Shown here: positions 46,411 through 55,746 of the stretch, one piece after another
How the letters are laid out: the number at the start of each line of letters is the position of its first letter
Numbering within the stretch: position 1 is the stretch's first letter
Program-made: the position numbers and the translations under genes
NCBI GenBank assembly: GCA_044344255.1
Contig: JBIJDH010000008.1
Span: 160,001 to 224,000, forward strand
Source of the DNA: Myxococcota bacterium
GTDB lineage: Bacteria > Myxococcota_A > UBA796 > UBA2385
Direction: 5' to 3'
Length of the DNA: 64,000 bases
Notes under the pieces: model-generated
The model's database searches: none
What the model was told of the DNA's origin: nothing
Seen by the model: only the letters and a program-made list of their open reading frames with translations

Positions 46411-49400
46411 CTATCGCCCCGTCGCCGCGCTGCCGCCCCCCTCTCTCCGGGCACGAAACATGCGGTCAAGGAGATCGCGGTCCGGGCTCAGCTCGGCCGC
46501 GCGGGCGAGGGCCTCGGCCTCGGCGGCGAGGTCCCCCTCAGTGCGGGCGAGGTCGGCGAGCAGCAGGCTGGCCTGCACACCGCCGAGCCAGGCGCCGCCG
46601 CCCGCGCGGTCGGCGACCGAGCGGAGGAGCGCCCGGCCCGCCGGCACCCGGCCGCGCAGCAGGAGCGCCTCCCCCCGCGCCGCCTCCAGGCCGAGGGCCT
46701 CGCCGGGCTCGACGAAGCGGAGGTCGGGCGGGTTGAGGAGGGCGGAGATGACGTCGGTCCGGTCCATGTTCCAGGTCCAGGCCGACCGATAGGTGATGGC
46801 GAAGACCTGCGCCGCGGTCGGCTCACCAAAGGCCTCGCGGAGGTCGTCGTACAGCCCCGGATCGAGGCGGGAGAGCGCCGCCGCGCGATAGAGATCGGCG
46901 ATCTCGCCGGGGGCGGCCTCGGCGGAGAGCTCGGTCAGCGCGCCCCGCTCCCCTCGGGTGAAGCGGAGCAGGCGGTCGAGCGGCTCTGGCTCCGCGGCGG
47001 TGTCGATCACCACGCCGTGGAGCTCGAGCTCCTCCAGGGTCATCTCCACCAGCATGCCGGCGTTGTGGCCCCAGGAGGCCATCCCCTCGATGACGAGCTC
47101 CGCGCGTTGGCCCACGCTCAGGGGCAGGGTGCAGTCCGCGGGGGGTGGGCCAGCGAGGCCACGGCCGAAGCCGATCGTCTGCTGATCGGCGGTAGGGGCG
47201 CCCCAGCGGAGGTCAAAGGGGGCATGATCGAAGTCGAGGTCCACCCGAGAGGAGAGGGTCGCCTGCCAGCCGCCACACCCCCCACCGCGGGCGGAGGCGC
47301 GGAGCTCGCGGTTGAGGATCCCGCCCGAGCCGAGCCCGCGCGCCCAGAGCTCGATCTGCCAGTATTCGTCGATTCCTCGCATCAAGATGCGCGCCGTCGA
47401 GGCCCACTCCACGACCTCCACCTCCCCCTTCGCCCGCAGCCAGAGGGGCGCGCCGGTGGTGCGCAGGGGCAGACGGAGCACCACACCGGCGTCGCTCGGC
47501 ACGCGGAGCCGGAGGGCTCCGCGGCTCGGGTCCTGAATGACCGCGACGGGGACCCGCAGGTCGACGCCGGTGGGCAGGGGGCCCCCAAACTGCACCCGCA
47601 GGGCGCCTTCGGTCGCGCGGCGCACGGCCTCCCCCTCCACGCCCGCCACCGCCCCGAGGGCCTCAACGGCCTCTGCGGCCTGCTCGAGGTCGCCGGCCGC
47701 CTGAGCGAGGCGCGCGGCCCGTCGCAGCGCGGCCTCCCGGCCCTCTCCGCCCAGCTGGGCGCGGCGGAGCAGCAGCCGCACCGCCAGGGAGCGCTGGCCC
47801 TCTCGTTCCCACAGCGCCGCCGCGCGATCGAGCGCCTGCGCGTAGGCCTCCGGCGATCCGCTGCTGCGCTGCAAGAGCGTGTCCACCGCGGTGTCGGGGG
47901 AGATGACCTCGAAGAGGTCAGACTCGGGATCGCCGCCGCCGCTCCCCCCGCGCCGCGGGAGGGCCGGGAGGACATCGCCCCCCTCGCCGGGCAAGAACAG
48001 GCGGCCCTCGGCGTCCTGCAGCACGAGGGCGGCCGACTCGGTCCGACCCACCGCGGACTGAGACGGGCTGGTCCGCACCCGATAGCCGCTGAGCTGCGCG
48101 CGCACCTGAAAGCCCTCCCCCGCTCCCTCGGAGAGGAAGAGGGCGGGCTGGCCCTCCCCGCTGGCGATCAGCTCACGGACACCGTCGTGGTCGAGGTCGA
48201 AAGACTCGAGCAAGTCGGGACAGGCTCCGCCCCCCCACGGGAGCTCCTGCTCGACGGACAGGGCCCCGGCCGAATATCGAAAGACGACCAGGCGACAGGG
48301 GCCGCCGTAGGAGTCCTTGCGCCCGAAGATGAGCCGGCTGCCGAAACGACGCGTGGCGACGCCCGCCACCCGACCGGGCCCGACCGGCGCCAGCGCCTGG
48401 AGCCAGCCCACCCGCGGCCCCGAGACGGTCCGAAATCCCTCTCCGTCTGGAAAGACCACGACCGGCTGAAAGCCCCAGGAGGGCCCGATCGCGAAGACGA
48501 CCTCGGCCACGCCGTCACCGTCCATGTCTTCGACCGCGCTGGCGCCGGGGTTCCCCATGAGCGGCTGATCCCAGGCCCGGTCGCCGCTCGGCCGGGACAG
48601 GCCGAGCTGGCGGACTCCCCCGAGATCATGCCAATAGGCGTCCCCCACCGCCGCGCCGAGCGAAGGGCCGGGCAGGGCGATCGGGCCCGCGGCGCCCAGG
48701 CGCCAGGTCTGTCCCTTGTCGGAGTGGATGAAGGGGGGCGAGAGCTCGTTGAACCTCGGCACCCGCCAGACCTCGCCCTCTCGGACCGGCGCCGGCACCG
48801 TCTCGATCCGAATCTCCTCGAGCCGCCCGTCGCCGTCGCTGTCGACCACCTGCATCACGCCCGGCTCGAGCCACCGCCCGCGACGGAGCGGCGCGAGCAG
48901 GGCGCGGGCCGCCTCGTCGAGCCAGGGCCAGGCGCCCTCGAGATCGGCGATCCCCAGCGCCCCTTCACGCTCCGCCTCCCGCCGCGCCTCGGGCTCGAGC
49001 AGGGCGACGAGCTCCGGAGCGCCGTGGACGAAGAGCTCGATCGAGGCGGCGTCCGAACGGGCGCGCCACGCGTTGAGCAGCGCCACCACCCCCTGCAGCC
49101 GGACCCCCCGATCGGGCGTGGCGAGGATGGCCCGGCTGGCCGCGGCCACCGCCTCCCGGGGCCGCTCCGCCGTCTCCTCGAGGCGGGCGAGGTCGAGCCA
49201 GGCGGCGCCCACCGCCGGGGTGCCGCTGCGGGTCGGCTCGCTGGCGAAGGCGGCGACCCAGGTGGCGGCGCCGTCCGGGGACTCGGCGTAGCGGTCCTGG
49301 AGCTCGATCCGCGCGACCTCCCAGGCCTCCGCCGCCGCACGCTGCCGCCAGGCCTCACGCGCCCAGGCGCCGAGCCCCGAGAGCAGGATGAGCGCGACGA

Positions 49401-50361
49401 CCACCAGGGCCGCGGTGGCGGTCGGCACCCGCTGGCGGAGGCGGGTGCGGAGGGTCCAGGCGAAGGAGCCGGGCCGCAGGCGCACGTTCCGGCCCTCCAG
49501 GCAGCGCCGGAGATCCAGAGCGAAGGCGCCCATGTCCGGATAACGACAGGCTGGATCGGGGTGGGTGGCGCGCCGGATCACCCAAGCCAGCTCTCGCGCC
49601 TCCCGTGGGCGCAGGGGGTGCGCGGTGGGGACGGTCTGGCTGCCGCGATCGGGCGCCACCCCCATCACCACCTCTCGGACCACGAGCCCGAGCGCATAGA
49701 CGTCGACCCGCGCCCAGTCCCCCACCTCGCCTTGGGCCTGCTCGGGGGCCATGTACCAGGGGGTGCCCACCGCCTTGCCCGCCCGGGTGAGCCGCGGCTC
49801 GTCGGGGCCGATCGCGATGCCGAGATCGGCCACGAAGGGGCGGCCAGTGTGGCTCACGAGGAGGTTGCTGGGCTTGATGTCGCGGTGGAAGACACCCCGC
49901 CGGTGCAGGCGAGTGAGGGTGTCGGCCACCACGACGAGCTGGCCGAGGCGCTGGGTGGCGGTGAAGGCGCCGCCGGCCTGGATCGGCCCGCCCAGGACGA
50001 GCTCCATGGTGTACCAGGGCTCACCATCGAGGGACTCACCATCCTCCAGGAGCCGCACCAGACCTGGATCATCCGCCGACCGGTGCGCGACGATCTCCCG
50101 CCGGAAGCGCTCTCGGACGACCGCCGAGGCCTCCGCCCCCCGGCGCAGCACCTTGAGCGCCACGTCCTCCTGCCGTTCGTTCGACCAGGCCCGATAGACA
50201 TTGGCGCTGCCGCCAGCGCCGAGCAGCGGGCCCAGGCGGTGACCGGGGAAGCGCTCCCGCGCCACGGCCCCCGCGGGCGCCGACGGCACGGCCGGGCCCC
50301 CAGCCGCCGGCTCGACGACCGAGACGTCCCAAGTGTGCGGGGTCTCCGCCGATGCGCTCAT
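46411..50361 (-). CDS. Membrane Ser/Thr kinase with extracytoplasmic TPR-like and FG-GAP/VCBS repeats
   Basis: GAGGSA, ALK, HRDIKPSN, DLG and GTPWYMAPE motifs, a TM helix, then DSDGDG/DMDGDG/DLDHDG repeats. Confidence 0.88.
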   Translation of the reverse strand: MSASAETPHTWDVSVVEPAAGGPAVPSAPAGAVARERFPGHRLGPLLGAGGSANVYRAWSNERQEDVALKVLRRGAEASAVVRERFRREIVAHRSADDPGLVRLLEDGESLDGEPWYTMELVLGGPIQAGGAFTATQRLGQLVVVADTLTRLHRRGVFHRDIKPSNLLVSHTGRPFVADLGIAIGPDEPRLTRAGKAVGTPWYMAPEQAQGEVGDWARVDVYALGLVVREVVMGVAPDRGSQTVPTAHPLRPREARELAWVIRRATHPDPACRYPDMGAFALDLRRCLEGRNVRLRPGSFAWTLRTRLRQRVPTATAALVVVALILLSGLGAWAREAWRQRAAAEAWEVARIELQDRYAESPDGAATWVAAFASEPTRSGTPAVGAAWLDLARLEETAERPREAVAAASRAILATPDRGVRLQGVVALLNAWRARSDAASIELFVHGAPELVALLEPEARREAEREGALGIADLEGAWPWLDEAARALLAPLRRGRWLEPGVMQVVDSDGDGRLEEIRIETVPAPVREGEVWRVPRFNELSPPFIHSDKGQTWRLGAAGPIALPGPSLGAAVGDAYWHDLGGVRQLGLSRPSGDRAWDQPLMGNPGASAVEDMDGDGVAEVVFAIGPSWGFQPVVVFPDGEGFRTVSGPRVGWLQALAPVGPGRVAGVATRRFGSRLIFGRKDSYGGPCRLVVFRYSAGALSVEQELPWGGGACPDLLESFDLDHDGVRELIASGEGQPALFLSEGAGEGFQVRAQLSGYRVRTSPSQSAVGRTESAALVLQDAEGRLFLPGEGGDVLPALPRRGGSGGGDPESDLFEVISPDTAVDTLLQRSSGSPEAYAQALDRAAALWEREGQRSLAVRLLLRRAQLGGEGREAALRRAARLAQAAGDLEQAAEAVEALGAVAGVEGEAVRRATEGALRVQFGGPLPTGVDLRVPVAVIQDPSRGALRLRVPSDAGVVLRLPLRTTGAPLWLRAKGEVEVVEWASTARILMRGIDEYWQIELWARGLGSGGILNRELRASARGGGCGGWQATLSSRVDLDFDHAPFDLRWGAPTADQQTIGFGRGLAGPPPADCTLPLSVGQRAELVIEGMASWGHNAGMLVEMTLEELELHGVVIDTAAEPEPLDRLLRFTRGERGALTELSAEAAPGEIADLYRAAALSRLDPGLYDDLREAFGEPTAAQVFAITYRSAWTWNMDRTDVISALLNPPDLRFVEPGEALGLEAARGEALLLRGRVPAGRALLRSVADRAGGGAWLGGVQASLLLADLARTEGDLAAEAEALARAAELSPDRDLLDRMFRARREGGGSAATGR

Positions 50362-50457
50362 GGGCCCATCATAGCGCGCGGTCCGATGGCCCCCTCCCTC
50401 CCTGGACGCTCCCACGGGAAGGGGGTAGCCCGAAGATCCCGCGATCTGGAGCCCCTC

Positions 50458-50817
50458 ATGGACAAGCGCAGCGAGCCCCCCAGCAGCCCGGCCGAGGGCG
50501 GCGAAGGGCCCGGAGCCCCTCCTCCCGCCCCGGAGGTGACCGCGATCGAGGCCGCCACCTTCCGCCGGCTGGTCGCCCACCTCCAGGCCCACCCCGAGGC
50601 CGCCAACATCGACCTCATGATCGTGGCCGACTTCTGCCGGAACTGCCTGGCCAAGTGGTACCAGGAGGAGGCCCAGGCCCGAGGCGTGGCGATCGACGAG
50701 GCCAGCGCTCGGGCCCTCATCCACGGCATGCCCTACGCGGAGTGGAAGGCCAGTCAGCCGCCGGCCACCCCGGCGCAGCTCGCGGCCTACGGGTCCCGAC
50801 AGAAGGCCCGTTCGTGA
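50458..50817 (+). CDS. DUF1244 family protein
   Basis: IEAATFRRLVAHL..NIDLM..ADFCRNCLAKWY..GMPYAEWK. Confidence 0.9.
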   Translation: MDKRSEPPSSPAEGGEGPGAPPPAPEVTAIEAATFRRLVAHLQAHPEAANIDLMIVADFCRNCLAKWYQEEAQARGVAIDEASARALIHGMPYAEWKASQPPATPAQLAAYGSRQKARS

Positions 50818-52226
50818 AGAGGGGGCGCCCCCGCCTGTCGCTCTGCCTCATCGTGCGGGACGAGGCGCGCTTCCTCCAGGGCTGCCTCGCCTCGGTCGCG
50901 GGGCTGGCCGACGAGCTCGTGGTGGTCGACACGGGGAGCACCGACGACACCGTGCAGATCGCCCGCGCCGCGGGAGCGAAGGTCGGCCACTTCACCTGGG
51001 TGAACGACTTCGCCGCCGCCCGCAACCACAGCCTCGACCTCGCGACCGGCGCCTGGGTGCTCCACCTCGACGCCGACGAGCGCCTGGGCCCGAGCGCTGC
51101 CGAGGTCATCGGCGAGGTGCTCGACCAGGACGAGCTCGACTGCGCCTTCCTGCCGCTGCACGACGCCTCCCGCCTCGACGCCACCGCCGAGGAGGTGCTC
51201 TCTGGCGCCGCGCGCCTCCACGCGCCGACGCTGCTCCCCCGACTCTTCCGCCGCCACCCGGAGGCGCGGTACCAGTCGCCCATCCACGAGAACCTCGACG
51301 CGTGGATCACGGCCCCCGGCCGCCGCTACCGGGCGGTCAACGCGCCCATCGTCCATTACGGCGCCGTTGTGGCCCACCGGGCTGACCGCAACAAGTCGGA
51401 TCGGAACCTCAACCTCCTCGCCGCCCGCGTGCAGGCCGCCCCCGATGACGTCCGGAGCCGGGTCTTCCTGGCGCACGAGCTGCAGGGCGCGGGGCGGGTG
51501 GCGGAGGCCTGCGCCGAGATGGTCCGGGCGTGGCGAGACACCGTCGCCGCCCACGCCGAGGGGCGCCGCGGCCCCGCCCTGGCCGCCGTAGACGCCGAGT
51601 TCGTCGGCGGCTGGGGCGCGCTCATGCACCTCGGGGCCGGCGACGCCGACACGGCCCGCGACATGGCCGAGCAAGCCATGGCCTGGGGCGGGGCCCACCC
51701 GAACCTCTCCTTCTCCCGCGGCGTGGTGCGAGAGCTCGCGGCCTGGTCCGAGCCCGATCCCCTCGCCCAGCGGCGCCTGCTGGAGTCCGCGAAGGCCGAC
51801 TATAGCGACGCGCTGGCCGGGGCCGGCCGCGCCTTCTCGATCACGGTGAGCGCAGGGGTCGATGGCCACCAGGCCCGCCTGCGCCGCGGCACCGTCGCCC
51901 TCGGCCTCGGTCTCCCCGCCGAGGCCCTCGAAGACCTCGAGCTCGTCGTGAAGGAGCTCCCCGAGCACATCGACGCTCGATTGGGCATCGCCGAGGCCCA
52001 CCTGCGGCTCGGCGAGCCGCTCAAGGCCCTCGGGCTGGTCAAGCCGCTGCTCGGGCCCACGAACGGCGACGCTTGGCTGATCGCCGCCCTCTGCCTGGAG
52101 GCGATGGGCAAGGCCGATCAGTCGGGGGCCTGGCGCGACCTGGCCCGGAAGCTCCACGCCCAGCGGCCCCTGCGCCCCCACCGCCAGCCGCTGCTCCAGC
52201 CCCGCGCCGACGGCGCCCGCCCATGA
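50814..52226 (+). CDS. Glycosyltransferase family 2 with TPR-like repeats
   Basis: LSLCLIVRDE, VDTGSTDDT, DFAAARN, LDADE and IHE motifs; GTGA-coupled to DUF1244. Confidence 0.92.
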   Translation: MKRGRPRLSLCLIVRDEARFLQGCLASVAGLADELVVVDTGSTDDTVQIARAAGAKVGHFTWVNDFAAARNHSLDLATGAWVLHLDADERLGPSAAEVIGEVLDQDELDCAFLPLHDASRLDATAEEVLSGAARLHAPTLLPRLFRRHPEARYQSPIHENLDAWITAPGRRYRAVNAPIVHYGAVVAHRADRNKSDRNLNLLAARVQAAPDDVRSRVFLAHELQGAGRVAEACAEMVRAWRDTVAAHAEGRRGPALAAVDAEFVGGWGALMHLGAGDADTARDMAEQAMAWGGAHPNLSFSRGVVRELAAWSEPDPLAQRRLLESAKADYSDALAGAGRAFSITVSAGVDGHQARLRRGTVALGLGLPAEALEDLELVVKELPEHIDARLGIAEAHLRLGEPLKALGLVKPLLGPTNGDAWLIAALCLEAMGKADQSGAWRDLARKLHAQRPLRPHRQPLLQPRADGARP

Positions 52227-53125
52227 GCGACGAGGTCGTCGCGGCCGAGCTCACGGTGGTCGAGCTCACGGTGGTCGAGCTCACGGTGGTCGAGCTCACG
52301 GTGGCCGAGCTCACGGTGGCCGAGCTCCTCCAAGGGCCCGGCCGCGCCGCGATCGAGGCCCGCCTGCAGCGCCTCGAGCGGGGGCTCCAAGCGGTGCGGG
52401 AGCGCCCGATGCGGCGCACCGTGGTCACCACGGTGGTGAGCGCCCTCGAGGGCGCGGAGCTGGTCGCCTTCCTCGGGCTCCTCCTCGAGCGCAACCTCCA
52501 GGGGCAGGGCACGGCCCGGGCAGTGATGCAGGAGCTCGCGCTCGAGCCCACCGTCTTCGAAGAGATGAGCTACGCGCAGTCCCAAGCGGCCTACCACCTC
52601 GCCCGCGCCGCCGGCCTCGAGCCCATCGCCCGCATGTTCATCCGCGCGACGGGCAACGAGAACCCCACCCTGGACGAGGCCTTCACCGGCAACGACCACC
52701 TCGACATCCCGCTCGGCACGCGACGCACCGCGGCCCGCAGCCGAGACCGCTTCACCCTCGACCGCCTCCTCCACGATCGCGACCAGCGCGTGATCGCCAT
52801 CCTGCTCGACAACCCCCGCATCATCGAGCGGGACGTCGTCACGATCGCCGCGATGCGGCCCACCCGGCCGGAGCTGCTCACGGTCGTGGCCCGTCACCCC
52901 CGCTGGTCGAGCCGGGTCGCCGTGCGCCGGGCCCTGGTCGCCAACCCCTACACGCCGGCCCCGATCGCGCGGCGCCTGCTGCCCACGATGTTGCAACAAG
53001 ACCTCCGCGAGCTCGTGTTCGCCGGCGTCCTGCGCGGCGACCTCCAGGCCCTCGCCCGCAGCCTCGTCCAGCGACCCGCCCAGACCTTCACCCTCGAAGA
53101 GGGCGAGCCGAACGACGCCGGCTGA
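52223..53125 (+). CDS. Hypothetical protein with leucine-rich-variant/HEAT-like repeats
   Basis: LLDNPR and VRRALVANPYTP motifs; ATGA-coupled to GT2. Confidence 0.72.
   Translation: MSDEVVAAELTVVELTVVELTVVELTVAELTVAELLQGPGRAAIEARLQRLERGLQAVRERPMRRTVVTTVVSALEGAELVAFLGLLLERNLQGQGTARAVMQELALEPTVFEEMSYAQSQAAYHLARAAGLEPIARMFIRATGNENPTLDEAFTGNDHLDIPLGTRRTAARSRDRFTLDRLLHDRDQRVIAILLDNPRIIERDVVTIAAMRPTRPELLTVVARHPRWSSRVAVRRALVANPYTPAPIARRLLPTMLQQDLRELVFAGVLRGDLQALARSLVQRPAQTFTLEEGEPNDAG
52247..52327 (+). repeat. In-frame 15-bp minisatellite GAGCTCACGGTGG(T/C)C x5 encoding ELTV(V/A)
   Basis: Five units plus a final GAGCTC. Confidence 0.95.
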
Positions 53126-53143
53126 GGGCGCGGCGGGCCCTGC

Positions 53144-53380
53144 TCAGCGGCGGATCTCCTCGGCGTCGGCCGGGGAGCGCAGGGTCTCCCGATCGCGGTC
53201 TCGATCGGGGGTCACGTCGATCGCCTTCTCTTCGGGATCTTTCATCCCGTCCTTGAAGGCCTTGACCCCCTTGCCCATCTGCCCGAGCACGTTCGGGAGC
53301 TTGCCGACCCCGAAGAAGATCAGGACGATGGCCAGGACGAGGAGCAGCTCCGTGGTACCGATCATGCCGACTCCGAACAT
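53144..53380 (-). CDS. tatA: Twin-arginine translocase subunit TatA/E
   Basis: IGTTELLLVLAIVLIFFGVGKLP..GKGVKAFK. Confidence 0.95.
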   Translation of the reverse strand: MFGVGMIGTTELLLVLAIVLIFFGVGKLPNVLGQMGKGVKAFKDGMKDPEEKAIDVTPDRDRDRETLRSPADAEEIRR

Positions 53381-53384
53381 GCAT

Positions 53385-54665
53385 TCACCTTTCAGACGAG
53401 AGGAACAGAGCTTCACCCTGGCAGATGACCCCGCGCGCCCGATGCGAGGCGAGGTGCTGGAAGAGGCTGGCGACCTCCGGGGGCTCCCCCGGCGGTGGCT
53501 CCATCAAGGCCATATCACCAACGCCGCCCAGGCCGAGCCAGCCAAGCTCCGGATGGCCGAGCGCGCGCCCCGCGTGGCGGGTGAGGCCGAGCAGGGCCTC
53601 CTCGACGGTGAGCCCCTGGATCAAGCAGGCCAGGGTGCCGATCGCCCACGGATCGTAGACCGGTGAGGAGCCCGGGTTGAGGTCGGTGCCCAGCGCCATC
53701 GGCACCCCGGCCGCGCGCAGCTCGGCCACCGGGGGCGCGCAGTCGCGGAGGTAGAGCTGCGCCCCGGGGAGGAGCACCGCCACCGTGCCGTGATCGGCCA
53801 AAGCCTGCACCCCGGCGGCGTCGATCCGCTCGAGGTGATCGACGCTCACCGCCCCGAGCGCGGCCGCGGCCGCCGCGACCCCCGTGTAGGCCACCTGCTC
53901 GGCGTGGGCCTTCACGCGGAGGCCCCGGGCCCGCCCGGCGGAGAGGATCTCGACCGCCTCATCGAGGGTGAAGGCGCCCCGATCGCAGTAGACGTCGATG
54001 GCCTCGGCGTGGGGCGCGCAGCGGGGGAGCTGCTCGTCGATGATCTGGCGCACGTAGGCCGCGCGGTCGCCCCGGAGCTCGGCGGGGAGGGTGTGGGCGC
54101 CGAGGAAGGTGGGGATCACCCGCAGGGGCCCGGCGCAGTCGGCGGCGGCCTGGAGCATGCGCAGCTCGACCTCGGGATCGAGCCCGTAGCCGCTCTTCAC
54201 CTCCACCGTGGTGACCCCGCGCCGGAGCAGGTGGTCGAGGCGGGCGCGACCGAGGGCGGCGAGGCCAGCGCGGCTGGCGGCCCGGGTGGCCCGGACGGTG
54301 GAGAGGATGCCGCCGCCGGCCTCGAGGAGCTCCGAGTAGCTGCGGCCGGCGAGGCGCTGCTCGAATTCGACCGCCCGGCTGCCGGCCCAGATCGCGTGGG
54401 TGTGCGGGTCTACGAGGCCGGGGAGGCCGATGAGGCCGCGGCCGTCGATGACCCGGTCGGCATCGGGGGCGCGGGCCGCCTCACCGATGAAGCTCACCCG
54501 ACCGTCGCGGAAGGCGACGCTCGCCCCCCGGAGGAGCCCGAGCCCGGGGAGGGAGGGGTCACAGGTGTAGAGGGTGGCGAGGTCGTGGACGAGCAGGTCG
54601 GCGCGACCGCGCTCCGGGAGAGCGCCGTCGGGGCGATCGTGCGGGGTCTGGGGCGCGTCGTTCAT
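53385..54665 (-). CDS. hutI: Imidazolonepropionase
   Basis: PGLVDPHTH, GGGILSTV, EVKSGYGL, FLGAH, HAEQ, DHLE and TDLNPGSS motifs. Confidence 0.96.
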   Translation of the reverse strand: MNDAPQTPHDRPDGALPERGRADLLVHDLATLYTCDPSLPGLGLLRGASVAFRDGRVSFIGEAARAPDADRVIDGRGLIGLPGLVDPHTHAIWAGSRAVEFEQRLAGRSYSELLEAGGGILSTVRATRAASRAGLAALGRARLDHLLRRGVTTVEVKSGYGLDPEVELRMLQAAADCAGPLRVIPTFLGAHTLPAELRGDRAAYVRQIIDEQLPRCAPHAEAIDVYCDRGAFTLDEAVEILSAGRARGLRVKAHAEQVAYTGVAAAAAALGAVSVDHLERIDAAGVQALADHGTVAVLLPGAQLYLRDCAPPVAELRAAGVPMALGTDLNPGSSPVYDPWAIGTLACLIQGLTVEEALLGLTRHAGRALGHPELGWLGLGGVGDMALMEPPPGEPPEVASLFQHLASHRARGVICQGEALFLSSER

Positions 54666-54701
54666 GGCGGAGGGGCCTCCTCGTATCCGGCCTCGAAGGC
54701 C

Positions 54702-54749
54702 GCTGGGGCACTGGGCCGCTGGGGCGCTGGGGCGCTGGGGCGCTGGGCG
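54702..54749. repeat. 8-bp tandem repeat GCTGGGGC x6 (two degenerate copies)
   Basis: GCTGGGGC ACTGGGCC (GCTGGGGC)3 GCTGGGCG, in the gap upstream of hutI. Confidence 0.88.
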
Positions 54750-54756
54750 GCGCCCT

Positions 54757-55638
54757 TCAGCGTTTCTTCGCCACGACCAGCATCACGTCGCGCGGATCGA
54801 GGTGGGCCGATCGCCCGCCGATCGCCCCTCTCCCGAGCCGGGCCAGGGGGCGGGCCGCAGCGCCGAACATCCGCTGCAGGCGGTTGGTGACGAGCCGGAT
54901 GCTGACGTCGCGGCCGACGGTGCCGGCTTCGAGGGTGTGGAAGCCCTCCCGATCGAGCAGGCGGCGCAGCGTCTCTTCGGTGAAGAACCACGCGTGCTCC
55001 GGAATGATCTGCCGCCATCGCGCGCCCAAGAGCCGAAACCAGGGGTTGTCGAGGGTGGGCGTCTCGATGAGGAAGAGGCCCCCGGGGCGGAGCAGCTCGG
55101 CCACCCGCGCGACCTCGGCGCAAGGATCGGGCAGGTGCTCGATGACGTGCAGCATCACCACGACGTCGAAGGAGGCGGGCGCGTACCCCGCCTCCGCCAG
55201 CGTGCCCGGGAAGAGCGTGACCCCGTGCTCCGACCGGGCCACCTCGACGAGGCGACGGTTCGGCTCCACCCCGGCGACCTCGAAGCCGCGCGCTCTCGCC
55301 AGAGCGAGGAGCTGGCCGTCGCTCGCGCCCACCTCGAGGAGCCGCCGACCCGGGGCGTGTCGCTGCAGCGCGTCGAGGCGCCGCCGCAGGCCGGCCGCGC
55401 GGTTCTCGCGCTCCGCCGCCTCGACCTCAGGGTCCAGGAACAAGCTGCGACGGGCCTCCTCGGCGATGCGCTCCGCGGCGGCGTCGGCCGAGTGGCCGCC
55501 CTCCCCCATCTGGAAGCGGCCCTCCGACTCGACGCGCACGAGGCCACAGCCCGCGCAGCGCAGGAGCGGCCCGTCGAGCTTGGGGCTGCGGAGGAGCTCG
55601 ACGGCCTCGGTCGAGGCGCAGAGGACACAGGGCTTCAC
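54757..55638 (-). CDS. Class I SAM-dependent methyltransferase with N-terminal Cys4 zinc motif
   Basis: CVLC..CAGC; LLEVGASDG, GVEPN and HVIEHLPDP motifs; AGGAG RBS before GTG 55638. Confidence 0.88.
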   Translation of the reverse strand: MKPCVLCASTEAVELLRSPKLDGPLLRCAGCGLVRVESEGRFQMGEGGHSADAAAERIAEEARRSLFLDPEVEAAERENRAAGLRRRLDALQRHAPGRRLLEVGASDGQLLALARARGFEVAGVEPNRRLVEVARSEHGVTLFPGTLAEAGYAPASFDVVVMLHVIEHLPDPCAEVARVAELLRPGGLFLIETPTLDNPWFRLLGARWRQIIPEHAWFFTEETLRRLLDREGFHTLEAGTVGRDVSIRLVTNRLQRMFGAAARPLARLGRGAIGGRSAHLDPRDVMLVVAKKR

Positions 55639-55746
55639 GGCGGACTCCTGGTCTGGCGAGCGGCGGGTGCGCGCAGGGTCTGAGGAGAAGAGGTCGGGTG
55701 TTATCATGCCGGACCCGCCGCAACCGTCGGCCGACCCGGACCTGTC

